NCBI GenBank assembly: GCA_011109175.1
Contig: RDEW01000061.1
Location: 1 to 64,000 of the forward strand
Direction: 5' to 3'
DNA length: 64,000 bases
DNA from: Dicyema japonicum
Lineage: Eukaryota > Animalia > Dicyemida
The notes under the pieces were generated by a model. That model ran no database searches. It was given only the letters and a program-made list of their open reading frames with translations, and was not told the DNA's origin. Position 1 is the stretch's first letter; each line of letters opens with the position of its first letter. Below, piece after piece: positions 1 through 12,000 of the stretch. The position numbers and the translations under genes were made by a program.

Positions 1-98
1 TGAAATTTGATAAAAATGCTTACGATGAATAATCTCTCCACCAAATACTAGCTTCCATTCAGAATTCATCATTGTCATTTTTCTTACCAAAAATAATA

Positions 99-425
99 AT
101 AAAGCATTTTCACAATAGCCATAGTATTTATAGCTCCGCATAAGGAGGACACACACTTTATTAAACTAAAGAACAGTTAATTTTAGCTAATCGTAAAACC
201 AAAAAATGATCTTCACTTCTTTTTTCTTTTTCTTGTGTGTGGGTCCTTTCTAGACAATCCTGTTCCGCAGTGAGTATCCACTGATGATGGCGTCACTCGT
301 CAAACACTTTTAGCATCGTAGATGCGTGGAACGTTCCATCAGGTTAACAGCAGCGAGAATCGAACCCGTAACCAAAGTCACTTAGGCCCAAACACTTAAC
401 CACTTTGCCACACCTAACCACTATG
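99..425 (-). mobile_element. tRNA-derived SINE, family A, copy 1
   Basis: Minus strand has Pol III A-box TGGCAAAGTGG (400-410) and B-box GGTTCGATTCT (356-366). Flanked by a perfect 13-bp TSD ACCAAAAATAATA (86-98, 426-438). A second, closely similar copy lies at 30333-30625. Confidence 0.85.
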
Positions 426-555
426 ACCAAAAATAATATAATAAAATGATTGGCCATGTTCTCTTAACCTAAATATAATTTAGGTCAATTTTTATTTTTA
501 AAATATTTTAATAAACTTTATTATACGTAACTAATTCTCATATTTTTTGTTGCAC

Positions 556-612
556 ATGCGGGGCTATAAATATTATGGCTCTCGTGAGAGTGCTAATAAT
601 AATAAATAATAA
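556..612 (+). mobile_element. 3'-end fragment of SINE family A with (TAA)n tail
   Basis: ATGCGGGGCTATAAATATTATGGCTCTCGTGAGAGTGCT(AAT)n matches the 3' end of the family A copies. Confidence 0.65.
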
Positions 613-664
613 TATTTATTTTTTAATTAGTCTTTAAAATTAAAGAAAAGAGAGTAAACGGTTA

Positions 665-1732
665 TATTATTATTATAAAGCACAACGTCTTGCCATTGGA
701 AATGACAAAACCAGTGCAGTACCAAACATTAATCTTTTAGTTAATTTTCTCCACTTTTTACGATCCTGAGCCAAATCCCTCAAGTAATCCATATCACCAG
801 CTATAAATAGGAGTGCGGAGTCGGCCAATCCTAAATATAAATCTGATAAATGAATCCGTTTTGTCAGAGAATAATCAAAATTTCTGACGTTTCTATTATA
901 GTAAAAAGCTAGCTAAAAATATTTTTTTTAATTAAATGTGGCTTTTCTAAAAATAGAAAACGTGTTGGCGGCGATCGGTTCAAAAATGAACTGTCTACCG
1001 AGACTTGAGAAGGGTCTTAGCCCTTTCCGCAGATGATTTGAGTGAGTTTCCGTCAGTGCAAAATTTGAGGAGGGAGGACATCTACATAGGTAGCGTTTCA
1101 GGTGAAATATCTACTACTTTCCCATGAGAAGAATGTTGTTTGTCAGTTCTTTTCTTAGGTGAGGCCAGTCCGATAAATTCATATTGACAACGATTACAAA
1201 AGTAAATTAAGATCCTTAATATGGCTCTGACATAGGAAATCTAATTCAGCACTGCTACTTCTTGGAAATTATGAAATAGCAGATCTTATATCACAGGTGG
1301 TAGCGTTCAAATGTGAAATATCCATCCCAATTTTTGTCTCACTTAGATCTACTTGCTCAGTGTAATAAGTTCCAGACCAAAATCAGGATGTACCAGGTTC
1401 GGATCTCTCTGCTGTACATTCAGTTGAAGTTTCCACACATGTAAGATGCTTCTGGATTGACGACTGGGATTCACTTTGGATTTTCGACTACTTTTTCGAA
1501 ATGTGGAGTGTTGAATATTTCTTCAAAGCTCTACAATTGTACATTATTTATATTCTTAAATACGGAACCTTTTTATTTTTAAATAGGGAACCATATAGTC
1601 AGGATGGCCGTTGTTTGACCATTTGTTCAATTTATTTTGTCATCAATAAATATTTTTAAAAAAATTAGGGAAAGATACATAATCTAACAAACTTTTTTGA
1701 ATTAGATGACAGAATTGATAAAAATTTACAGA
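665..1732. repeat. ~1.07-kb direct duplication of 54430-55509 (RTE 3' stub plus adjacent DNA); runs into the gap
   Basis: Near-identical by eye, with scattered SNPs and one ~9-nt indel near 895. Confidence 0.92.
1586..1655 (+). mobile_element. CRE-clade retroelement extreme 3' stub (also at 55363-55432)
   Basis: Encodes GNHIVRMAVV*, matching CRE C-termini at 58016 (DNNHAVRVTAV*) and 59441. The 3' UTR GACCATTTGTTCA...TTGTCATC is shared with the 57960-58240 copy. Confidence 0.55.
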
Positions 1733-2243
1733 NNNNNNNNNNNNNNNNNNNNNNNNNNNNNNNNNNNNNNNNNNNNNNNNNNNNNNNNNNNNNNNNNNNN
1801 NNNNNNNNNNNNNNNNNNNNNNNNNNNNNNNNNNNNNNNNNNNNNNNNNNNNNNNNNNNNNNNNNNNNNNNNNNNNNNNNNNNNNNNNNNNNNNNNNNNN
1901 NNNNNNNNNNNNNNNNNNNNNNNNNNNNNNNNNNNNNNNNNNNNNNNNNNNNNNNNNNNNNNNNNNNNNNNNNNNNNNNNNNNNNNNNNNNNNNNNNNNN
2001 NNNNNNNNNNNNNNNNNNNNNNNNNNNNNNNNNNNNNNNNNNNNNNNNNNNNNNNNNNNNNNNNNNNNNNNNNNNNNNNNNNNNNNNNNNNNNNNNNNNN
2101 NNNNNNNNNNNNNNNNNNNNNNNNNNNNNNNNNNNNNNNNNNNNNNNNNNNNNNNNNNNNNNNNNNNNNNNNNNNNNNNNNNNNNNNNNNNNNNNNNNNN
2201 NNNNNNNNNNNNNNNNNNNNNNNNNNNNNNNNNNNNNNNNNNN
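1733..2243. other. assembly gap (511 N)
   Basis: Run of N. Confidence 1.
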
Positions 2244-3630
2244 GCTAGGATGGATGAACCTTCGAATTCCTTGTGTGGGATGAAACTCGTGGAGGTGTAG
2301 TACTTCATAAGTTTGTTTAGGAAGATCTTGTTTTCCATTTCATCAAGTGTGGCCGGGTTTGCAGCGTTATTAAAGCTTCTAAGAGTTTACAACATTTTTG
2401 TAAGGTAGTTCTGCTTGCTTAAATTTGACATGAGGTTTCTCCAAACTTTCTCTTGTTTCTTCTTTTCATTGTCCTGATCTCTCTTTCTAATGTACGAATT
2501 CTCAATCTTGCTTCCCAGGATTGTTTTTGGTGGCTTTTTAGGTAATTTCTTTCTTTTATGAGTGGATCGGCTCTGGGAGAAGAAGGCCTTCTTTTAATAC
2601 AAATTTTCATTCCCTCGCGTACCACTCTATTAAAGTAGTGTAGTGCTTTATCGATGGAGTTGAAATTGGATAAATTAAAGTCAAGTAGATAATAGTCGAC
2701 AAAATTTGAGAAGTTTTTCCAGTCGACATTTTTGTTGTCGGTAAATAAATCAGGTTTCTTTACAATTGACAATCTTCCTTCAAACGTAGTCATAACGGGA
2801 TTATGGTCACTGCTGGTCTCGTATAGCACTATCCATTTTGTTAATGTTGCGATGTTTAATGAGTCAAGAGTGAGATCGAGGGGACGATGTCCTGTCATTC
2901 GCTCTGTAGGGAGTCCTTGTATTAAATGTAGGGTTGTTTAATATTATCAGGTCATCCAGATTCGATAACAATTGGTTTCCTTGACATCGCATGGTTGGTT
3001 CTTGAACCATATCGGATGTTTAGCATTTAGGTCTCCACAAAGTAACATATTTTTTGATTTGTCGATGTCTGACAAAGAGAACCTGAATTCCTTGGGGCAT
3101 GAGTTGGGCGGTGGCACACACACATTCAATATGTTTATGTTTCCGATGCTTGTCTTGACTGAAATACCAATATATTCGACGAGAGACTTAAGATTGACAA
3201 AAGTTTCGTTTGCGTACAGAATTTCTTTTTTTGATAAGGGTAAGCAGTCCACCTCCCCTTCCTAGCTAGGCGGTCGCGCCTGATGACATGATAGTTTGGG
3301 AAGACGGGAGTGGAAGAAGACGGAGTCAGTCTTGTTTCTTGGAGTAGGCAAATGTCAGTATTATGCTTTTTTAAGAGGTTTCTGAGTATGAGGATCTTCC
3401 CTTTCACTCCATTTATGTTTAGTGAATCAAAATAATGGGTTTTCGAGGTCCAGGATTGGGGTTCACATCGCCGGAAAGCATTAGGTGGGCTTCCATCAGG
3501 CAGGAGAAAAAGGCCAGTGGGTAGACCATCCAAGAAGGTCATTCCTCTTGGATTGGACGTAGAGAATGGTTATTTTTTCTGTGAAGTATATTCCATAGTT
3601 TTCATCTCCAGAAACAACGAACCACATGAC
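2244..3630 (-). mobile_element. Vingi/Ingi-like non-LTR retrotransposon, 5' part (2A-like peptide + APE endonuclease), frameshifted, cut by the gap
   Basis: LMLSGDVNPNPGP (3446-3484), LNINGVKGK...LLQETRL, LLCGDLNAKHPIW and SSDHNPV motifs. 5' signature GTCATGTGG at 3622-3630. Confidence 0.8.
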
Positions 3631-3645
3631 GTTAAAATTGTGTAA

Positions 3646-3790
3646 AAAATAATGAATTAAAACAACAAGTTATTGAATAGGTAACTAACTACCAGTCCGC
3701 CGGTCTGCCTGGACTGTTCCTCCGGGTACCCTTTTTCTAAGTAATCCATTCTATGTCTATTTAATTTAGCGTCCTAATTCGAATATCCTC
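3646..3790 (-). mobile_element. 5'-truncated Vingi-like 3' stub with 16-bp TSD
   Basis: Flanked by CGTTAAAATTGTGTAA (3630-3645, 3791-3806). Contains CCCGGAGGAACAG, similar to other Vingi 3' ends (e.g. 21154). Confidence 0.6.
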
Positions 3791-3948
3791 CGTTAAAATT
3801 GTGTAATATGTTGAATTATTATATATGAACTACAAGAAAAACTCGATTTATTAATAATTAAAGTTTATTTATTTTAATATTTTCAAAAAAATTTAAAAAC
3901 AACCTAATTATATTATATTTCTTTGTGATGATTAACGAAGTGCATAGA

Positions 3949-4317
3949 ATGATTGGTAAGACATTAATAGGCAAAAAAACGCTAAAAGGAAGGTATGAGG
4001 TAATAATTATAAATTAATTATTAAAGATTATTCCGATTTTTAGTCTCATGGCATCATCATGTGTACTTGCCGCCTTTGCATTGGGAAGGTACTTATACAA
4101 CGATCCCGAAGTAATGTATTAAACTAAATTTTATTTTATTAAGGATTAACAAGAGGAATAAAGTGCCGTGGTGTGGAACTCTCAAGAGTGATGGGTCTGT
4201 GCGCCAATATAGAGTAGATTCTAGCATAAATTTTAGTTTATCCGTCTTGGAGAAGATTGGTTCCGTAAAATGCCAACACAGATACCTCAGATTGATGGAT
4301 TGGAGGAGATATTTTAA
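3949..4317 (+). CDS. NDUFA4: NDUFA4/COXFA4 (B12D family) cytochrome c oxidase subunit; 4 exons
   Basis: Spliced product MIGKTLIGKKTLKGRYE/IIPIFSLMASSCVLAAFALGRYLYNDPEVM/INKRNKVPW...QYR/FIRLGED... GT-AG introns at 4000-4026 (27 nt), 4116-4143 (28) and 4214-4236 (23). Alternative in-frame ATG at 3928. Confidence 0.85.
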
Positions 4318-4569
4318 TCTAACATTTAATTTACTTACTTTAATTAGTATTTAACCATTCTGGTTCTGGTTTTCAAATAAACTTAATATAAACTCGTGTG
4401 TCATAAAAACTTATTGCAATTTATTTAACAATACAAAGCTTACAATATTTTGTAAGCCCATCACAAACAGTCAAACTACTCAATCCGAGGGAGAACGTTT
4501 TTTGTGCCGACCAAATTCATCTTCTAATAATTCATTACAAGATTCTACTTCCAAAGAAAGGTGTAGAAA

Positions 4570-4850
4570 TAGTTTTGCTTTCTTCCATTTTCATTACACG
4601 TCCTACCGTCACGGACTTCATTTCATTTTTAGACGGAAAAGTTTTCATGATGGAAGTCTTCACCAGAGGAATTTGTCAAGGAAAAGGTAGAGAGACCCCT
4701 TTCAACAACCGTGTCCTGGTAGAACGACTCGTCACCTCATGGGGAGGTTCCGGTTAACGAGAATTGACCTTCACTGAAAAGTCCATCTTTCGGATTTGAG
4801 CTTACGAGAGTTAAATCTGATGTCATAAGATATTGCGTTCAACCATGATG
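4570..4850 (-). repeat. SINE-like family C copy (paralogue at 40307-40562)
   Basis: GAAAAGTCCAT.TTTCGGATT.GA...TC.GATGTCAT.AGATAT is shared with 40506-40562, where a perfect B-box lies on the minus strand. Confidence 0.55.
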
Positions 4851-5499
4851 TACATGATTATGATTAATGAATAATTTTCAAAACCAGAAATCAGTTTGAA
4901 TATTATTCGCATTTTCTCAACCCCCAAAATTTGGATTGTCAGGATTTTATCCTTAGCTATGACATAACAGGTCAGGAGCAGAAACTTCAATCAACTGTCT
5001 CCTTAGAAAGATTTTATGATAGTTACTTACATTTCAAGTCCTCCTTGTCAATCCGAAAGCAAATTTATTGACACTCTTCTTGTTTTCTCAAAAGTGAGAT
5101 GATTTTATATTCTTCGGAGAGAAAAACCATCCCCTCACAACCACAAAAAAAGGAGGGGAGAATAAATGTCGAAAGACAAACAAAAAGCCGGATAGAGTGT
5201 CATAAGTTCTGGACCAAATATCATGAAGTCTCAAGTTCAAATCTCGCAGATGTCCGTTTTGTTGAAGGTTCTGTGCATCAACGATTCTTATGGGATGACG
5301 AGTGACAGAGTAATATTCAGAAATATAAAAATGGATGAAACTTCTATTTTCTCATTGGTTTAATTTCCTCAATGTATTTCTACTTAAGACCAAACAAAAT
5401 CCTCATATAACGTAGGAGGTCAAAAATTAATTACAGTCTTCGACGTCGATATTTTCTGTATGAGGATACGTTTGTTTTTTCACGGTGAGCTTTAATTAC

Positions 5500-6545
5500 C
5501 CTGATTTTCACTACTAGTCAGTGAAATTCATGTATTCCCTTTGTTTTCCTTCCGAGATCTCCTTGAATTTGGTCATGTTTGATATTGGCACATCTCAAAA
5601 TCAAACTCTGACTGATACTATTGCATTCAAACTATCATACTCGAAGAGGTTGATAATTAGAGACCAACCATGAAAAAATGAGAAATTTTTTTTTGCTTTT
5701 TGGTTAACACTTCCTCCATGTGACTGGAAAACGTAATTAGAAAATCAAAAGTTACTCTAAGGATCTTCGGGATTCTCATAGAAATACCGATGTCTTAAAA
5801 ATAACTTGAGTCTTCCTTTAAATCCCCTGTCCGTAGTAGTGAACAAATTGAACTGTAATTTGGATGTAGATACAGACAACATATTTGTTGATAGCCAAAC
5901 ATACACCTGGTTGAGGTGTGACTAAACCACCGGCAAAGCCACAGAAGGAGATCTATTTTTTGCGGCAATAATTAGGTCATCTGCGTAAAAAGAAACATAG
6001 TGTCAAAATTAGTGAATTTTTTTTAATGAAACAATTCATTGTGTAACAAAACAATCAAAATAATTCAGCTGATACGATGGAATGGTTGTTTCCCCTAATA
6101 ACTGCCAGAGAAATTTTTTGAAACACCCATTTTGTCTCTCGATGCTCATCACTCACTTTTGATATCATTGATCTAAGCGATCATAGAAAAGAAACCGTCT
6201 TGGGATCGAAGGCTCTGCTCTGTACATGGATTGAGCTGTACATGGAATCTAGTGGAGATGCTATCGTATTTTTTTAAACTCCGAGCAGCCTTCTCAGCTT
6301 TCAACGCGGAACTAGCAAGTCTCGACTAAGCAATGGTGTCGGTACAGGCCCCATCCCAAAAAAAGCATTTTCCTCAGGGGAGGAGGAAGACTGTTAGCCT
6401 GACCGGGGTAATGAGGCTGGCACAGGTTGATCCTGAGACGGATTGTTATATCATTTCGAAGGGAGACCTGTTACAGAAGGGAATAAATTGATAATGATGG
6501 GAAGGCTTTCAGCCAAGCACCGCTGGTCGGGGAAGAGACTTACAA
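5500..6545 (-). mobile_element. degenerate Vingi-like reverse transcriptase remnant
   Basis: Minus-strand SFYADDLIIAAK...VWLSTNMLSVS, upstream RAFD-like motif, multiple stops. Confidence 0.6.
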
Positions 6546-7132
6546 AATACAAGCCTGATTCTGATTATTTACGATAGAGTTTTTGACATACTTTAATTTC
6601 TATTCTTTATACATTTATATAAGTTTATAAAATTTCTTGATGGATTTCATTTTTAATCTCGGTATAAAACATCGTCTTAACTTTTTTTCTTTCTAATACT
6701 AATAAATTCTGACTATATGAGGTTATAATAATAGATTAAGAGTATATGAGGTTAAACGCAACCATTGGAGTTGAATATAAACGTTAGAGTTTAAAATGTC
6801 TCGACAGTGAAAATGATAGTTCTATAAATATCTGATACAGGTATTATTTTTTTCACAAAAAGAAACACCACTTAGGAGACATTTTTGAATACAATAATCC
6901 TTAAAAGTCTTCCACCAAATTCTCTCATCTAATCCTTGTGGATTAAAGAATACATCGGGCAACAAGAAGTTGAAATTGAAAGCTTCGACTCTTATATAAG
7001 TGGAGTGACACCTTGAAGTCTTAAATCAGGAAAATGACAGCTCTTACAAAATGACAAATTTAAAGTAAATAATTTAATTAAATAAAAAATAAAGTATAGT
7101 TCATATTATAAAATTAGTATCCAAGGGAATTA

Positions 7133-8156
7133 ATGGAACTGATAGAACCGGCATATTTATTTAATATATTAAACCAAAAATGTATTTATCCAGCTTTAAG
7201 CAATTCAAACTATTTGGTACTATATGGTAATATTTTTTTCCTTTTATAGATGTACGTTCAAAAGATAAATACGATAGATTTCATATAAAGACAGCAAGAC
7301 ATGTCAAAAAAGTATAAGTTTAATCATGGATAGAAAAATATAAATGGAATAAAGCAATACATGCTTCATTATAAAACTGACTTAAAAAACAAAATACATG
7401 TTGTAGTATATGATAGTAATACTGAAAGCTTAAAAACTGAATGTTATTTATTAATTTTACTTAATAGCTGTCGCACTTATGTTCGCTAAAATCTGTTGAA
7501 TTCAGGAAATGTTAATAACATAAAAATTTTATCAGGTCACTCTAAAGTTTATTTCAAGGTGGATATGAATTGTTCTCACAGTTATATCCTTTTTTAAGAA
7601 GTAGAAAAATCATTTGGATGCCAAGAGTATTTTTATTTAAAGTTTTTTTTAGGAATTAGATGTCGAAATTACTTTCCCATATGAGATTATCTATGGAAAA
7701 CTATATATTGGAAATGAGGATCACGTTAAATGTACAAGAATAATAAAAGATTTGAAATTAAATCAATTCATTAAAATCTTGGAAAAGGATGACGCAAACA
7801 TGTTTAAATTTATCGTTTAATTAGAAAAACCGGAGAAAGGAAAAGTTTTATGATTACTGAAAATGATTTCATTTTAAAAATTAAAGAAATCAATGAATAT
7901 TTTGGTTAGTCTGTGATATTATTTAAGATACACAAATTAACTATTCAAAAATTTCATTGCTTTTTCCATCTGACTTAAACAAGCATCATTTAGTATCTGC
8001 AGTTGTTATCGGTTATTTAATGAATTTAAATAACTTTGATTTTAATGTTAAAATTTTGTTTATTATTAGAAATCATGCAAAATTCTCAGAGAAAAAATAA
8101 ATAATTTCAAATTACTGGAGTCGTATACTAAAGATTTAAAAATTTTTAATCAGTAA
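7133..8156 (+). CDS. STYXL1: STYXL1/MK-STYX pseudophosphatase (rhodanese + inactive DSP), 8 exons; one apparent 1-nt deletion near 7490
   Basis: MELIEPAYLFNILNQ...NYLVLY/DVRSK...HIKTARHVKK/...VVYDSN/...GGYELFSQLYPFLRSRKIIWMPR/ELD...FPYEIIYGKLYIGN...KDLK tracks human STYXL1 motifs. Introns are 22-26 nt. Confidence 0.85.
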
Positions 8157-8249
8157 TTTTACAATTTTTAACAAATTTGTCATTTGTTAATAATTCTAGG
8201 ATATTAAAACACTGCTACTTTTCAACTTATTCTTAGCTACATTCCGATA

Positions 8250-8945
8250 CCGAGAGTGAAAAACGATCCACTCTTGGGTTGTGTAGACCACCGTTTTAGC
8301 ATCACAGAATGAAAACTTCCAGGCTGCCACGGAGATAATACAACATCACCTGAACTGTTTAATTGTGTGTGTAAACGAAAACATACTGACATTAGCCCTG
8401 AGAAATCCGTTACATACATATTCACCTCAAACAAGAACAAGTAAATTGAAATTAATTGGAAAACACTAACATTTAAGAAATTGCAAAAAATCATGGAATT
8501 GATTTTAGATACACATATATGATACACGTAGCATGATGATGAAAATGTGCTAAATAAATGTGAGAAAAAATCAACATGCTGAAAAGTCTATGGAAAATCA
8601 GGAATCATCCCGTACTATAAACGTTTTGCTGGCAATATATTGAGCCCTGCATTTCCTATGTATGAGACTTATAGGACTTAGATCTCTTGGACTAATACTC
8701 AGAAATCTTAGGCTGACAAGAAGAGCTCTACGGATAAAAAGAACATGATGCCGATACCCTTGAAATCCTAATCAGAAGGAATAATAGAGAAGCTTGATTC
8801 AACGTGATTAGGAGACAAACTGACCGCAAAAAGTTGTGTAGATCAAGGGAGGAGCATCGAGCCAAGCTTGGATTAAATTTTTCAGATTACTTAGTTTGTT
8901 TTTTTTCGGACCAACTGTGGTCTTTGACTAAAAATTTATATTTAA
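8250..8945 (+). mobile_element. Vingi-like LINE 3' fragment (subfamily J2)
   Basis: HTDISPEKSVTYIFTS (RT C-terminus). The 3' region is clearly homologous to 48190-48560. Confidence 0.7.
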
Positions 8946-9011
8946 ATAAAATTAAATTTTTAAAAAAGATTAATGCATGTTATATGAGAAATTTGGGGTT
9001 AATAAGGGGTT

Positions 9012-12000
9012 ATTTATTATTATTATTTAAAGCACTNCCGAGAAGTCATAAAATTAATCAAGCCTCCTTGTGCCGTATTTCTAGCCATCCTCTCTATCAG
9101 CTTTTTCCAGGACCCTCTACTTCGTGCCAGTTCCCTTAAGGTATCTAGGTCGTCTGCGGAAGTGAGCTTCAGTCCCACAGCCGACAGGTCTCCATTCAAA
9201 ATAGTTGGGAGTGTGACTCTTGGTCTTCCACGGAAACCGGCTCCCGTATGCATTAGGTAGTTTTCCATGGCGATATTCGCGGGTACTTGAGCATTTAGAC
9301 GTAAGATATGTCCAAAGAGACTCCATCTTGATCTGAAGATCTCCTCGGATAGTATACCAGAATTGCACTTCGAGTAGAGGTCATTGTTTGAGATCTTCTT
9401 AGGCCACTTGATCTTGATTACTGATTTCAATTGTGTCCTGTGGAAAGCGTCAAGACGGTCCATCTCTTGTTTAGAGATTCCCCAAGTGCCTGAATTGTAG
9501 GTCAGGACGGGATGACAAAGCCTTATATATTCTGAGTTTGGTGTTTAATCCCATCCTCTTCTTATGACCACATATTCGATACTTTCTTTAGTGCACACAT
9601 TGCGAGGATTTTCCTCCGAGAAACATCTTCTGAGTCCCCGAGAAGCGAACCCACCTTCTTTTGCTTTCTCCAAGACTCGTCCGATCTTCGATCATTGCGT
9701 GTAAGTGTTGTGAACTCTGTTTTATCGGTGTTAACGGTTAAGAACCATTTCGAGAATACGTGTGGAAGAACGTTAAGCATGTGTTGAAGTACTTGAATAT
9801 CCTCAGAAACAAAGTCCAGGTCGTCCGCGTAGATTATCTCGTTATAATTGTTGCCAACCAGGGGTCTGAACTCTCTTAGTGCGGCCTCAAGGTAGACAAT
9901 AAAGAGGACCGGGGATAGTGAGTCCCCTGTGGAACTCCACGTGAGGTCGAAAAAAAGTTAGAGGTAGAGTCACCAATTTTGACGGCAAGTTGAGTGTTCC
10001 GCATGAGTAAGTGTATTATTTGACATCGTCAGGCAGTAGAAAACTCTCCAACACTTCCATAAGTTTTCCACGGTCCACCGAGTCGAACGCACGGGACATG
10101 TCGATACCAAAGTATCTCAATAGATTTTTTGTATTTTTGGCACAGGGCACAATACCACCTGTGCCCCCATACCACGTCAGCCGTGGACCTGCCCGTCCGG
10201 AATCCACTTTGGCCGTCCGAAAGAAATATGTTCACCTCCTCCTTTATTCGGTTTAAAGCAATGAGGGATAATGTTTTTCGTATGGAGGTTAGGAGTATAA
10301 TAGGTCTGAAGTTGTGAGGGGGCCTTTACTTTTTCCCGGTTTTTGTAGTGGAATTAGCCACCCTTTTCCCAGTTCCAGTTCATCTGCACCCTCGAGAGAC
10401 GGTTGAAAATGTTAGTAATCATTTCAATTAGCTCCTCCGGGCCGTATTGTAAAAGTTCTGCAGTAATGAAGTCTGGTCCGGCAGATCTTCCGGTATTTAA
10501 TTTTTTAATAGCTTGTTGAGTTTCGGATATGGTAATAGGGTAGTTAGAGTGTACTTGTAACTTCCGAGATTTCATTGCTTGGTCAGCCGCGTCCTGTTTG
10601 TTGAACATAAGGTCAAAATGGGATGCCAGAACGTTTGCTTTGTTAATGGTCCCGATAACGTCGTGACCAAGGTTGTCATGGACAGTTAACGAAATTGGAC
10701 AGTTTTCTCTGCTAAGAAGCCGGATTGCTTTGAACATTCTTGGTCCGTTCTTGTACTTTAATATGTTGAGATTTTCTCCTCAGCTTCATTTTTGGCAAGG
10801 AATCTTTGTATTTGTTTGATCTTCGTTAAGACTCTCCCTCTCTGGGTGCGCAGTACTTTGATATCTTCCGAGCGTTTGTGTTTTCCATCCGGAGTCTGAG
10901 CTCTTTCTGTGTTACAGAGAGTTGTCCGATATCCGGATTACATTGTTTGTGACGAGATTTTGGTGATGTGACCAAGCACACTAAAGGCTGTGTTTTGGAT
11001 AGCAACCACTATTCATCCCATAAGCTGTTTGTCGGCTGATTTTGGTTAATACTGTTGATGCTATCTCTCAGAACTGCACTATAACGACATTTGGTGGATT
11101 CTTCGTAGCGTAACCTCTCAGTGTCGAAACGTACTGAGGTAAGGCCTTTGTGTTTCCCGTGTATTCCATGGATTCTTTTAAGTACTAGCCGGGCGACCAC
11201 AAGTTTATGATCGCTACTTGTTTCAAGTCCACCGTAAGATCTCGAGTCCTGTAGGAGGGCCTTCTGATGTTGCTTGCAGATAATATAGTCGATCTGATTG
11301 TATATATTGACTGTGTTTCCAGATTTGCCTTTTCTGGTACCAACCCACGTGGTCCTGTGTCTTGCCGGGTGCTTGAAACAAGTGTTGCATATGAGTAGGT
11401 TGAATGCCGTGCAAAATTGTATTAATGCCTCTCCGGGGATGTTACGGCGGTTTCTACCGTGGGATCCAATACACGTTTCACCAGGTCTTGCTTTTCCGGC
11501 CCTGGCGTTCCAGTCCCGGCGACAAAAGAAAGTAAGAGGATGAAAGTGAGTTGTACACACTTGTGAGAGTAGAGTAAAACGTATCCAGTTCTTCGATATT
11601 CGTTGATACACGTGCTCCGGTTGGGGCATATACATTTATGATGGAGATCACTGAGTTGAGTTTGTTTCCGCATTTGATTTTGTAACACGCCGGACACGTC
11701 AGATACTGCCCATACTTTTGAGACACAGGTGAAAACAAGTGCCGATGAACAGCAAATCCGAGCCCATAGTGCTGCAGTCTGGTGTGAGGGTCAAAAGGTA
11801 AAAAATTCTGAAACAGTTCTGCAGATTGTTCGGTTATTTTCGTCTCTTGCAAACAACAGACAGAGATGTTGTATTTACTCAGATCACGCGCCAATTGTTT
11901 GTTTCTTGTAGCACTGATTGAGGCCTCGGCAGTTGAGGGATCCAAGAGAGGGGAGAAACTGGTAAGCAATACGAAGAAGACATAGTGCAAGTAGAGGACG

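Noticed and set aside
280-310. Hammerhead ribozyme at CTGATGA (also 3281, 30523, 46623, 61573)
   Set aside because: No stem II followed by GAAA and no matching stem I/III.
99-425. tRNA gene
   Set aside because: A and B boxes are present but there is no cloverleaf; it has a TSD, a long body and a second copy, so it is a SINE head.
1088-1330. GTAGCGTT...GTGAAATATC repeats resembling a 16S rRNA motif
   Set aside because: Only a ~20-nt loose match, with no flanking rRNA similarity.
1643-2338. 231-aa and 180-aa ORFs in the ORF track
   Set aside because: Artefacts of translating through the 511-N gap.
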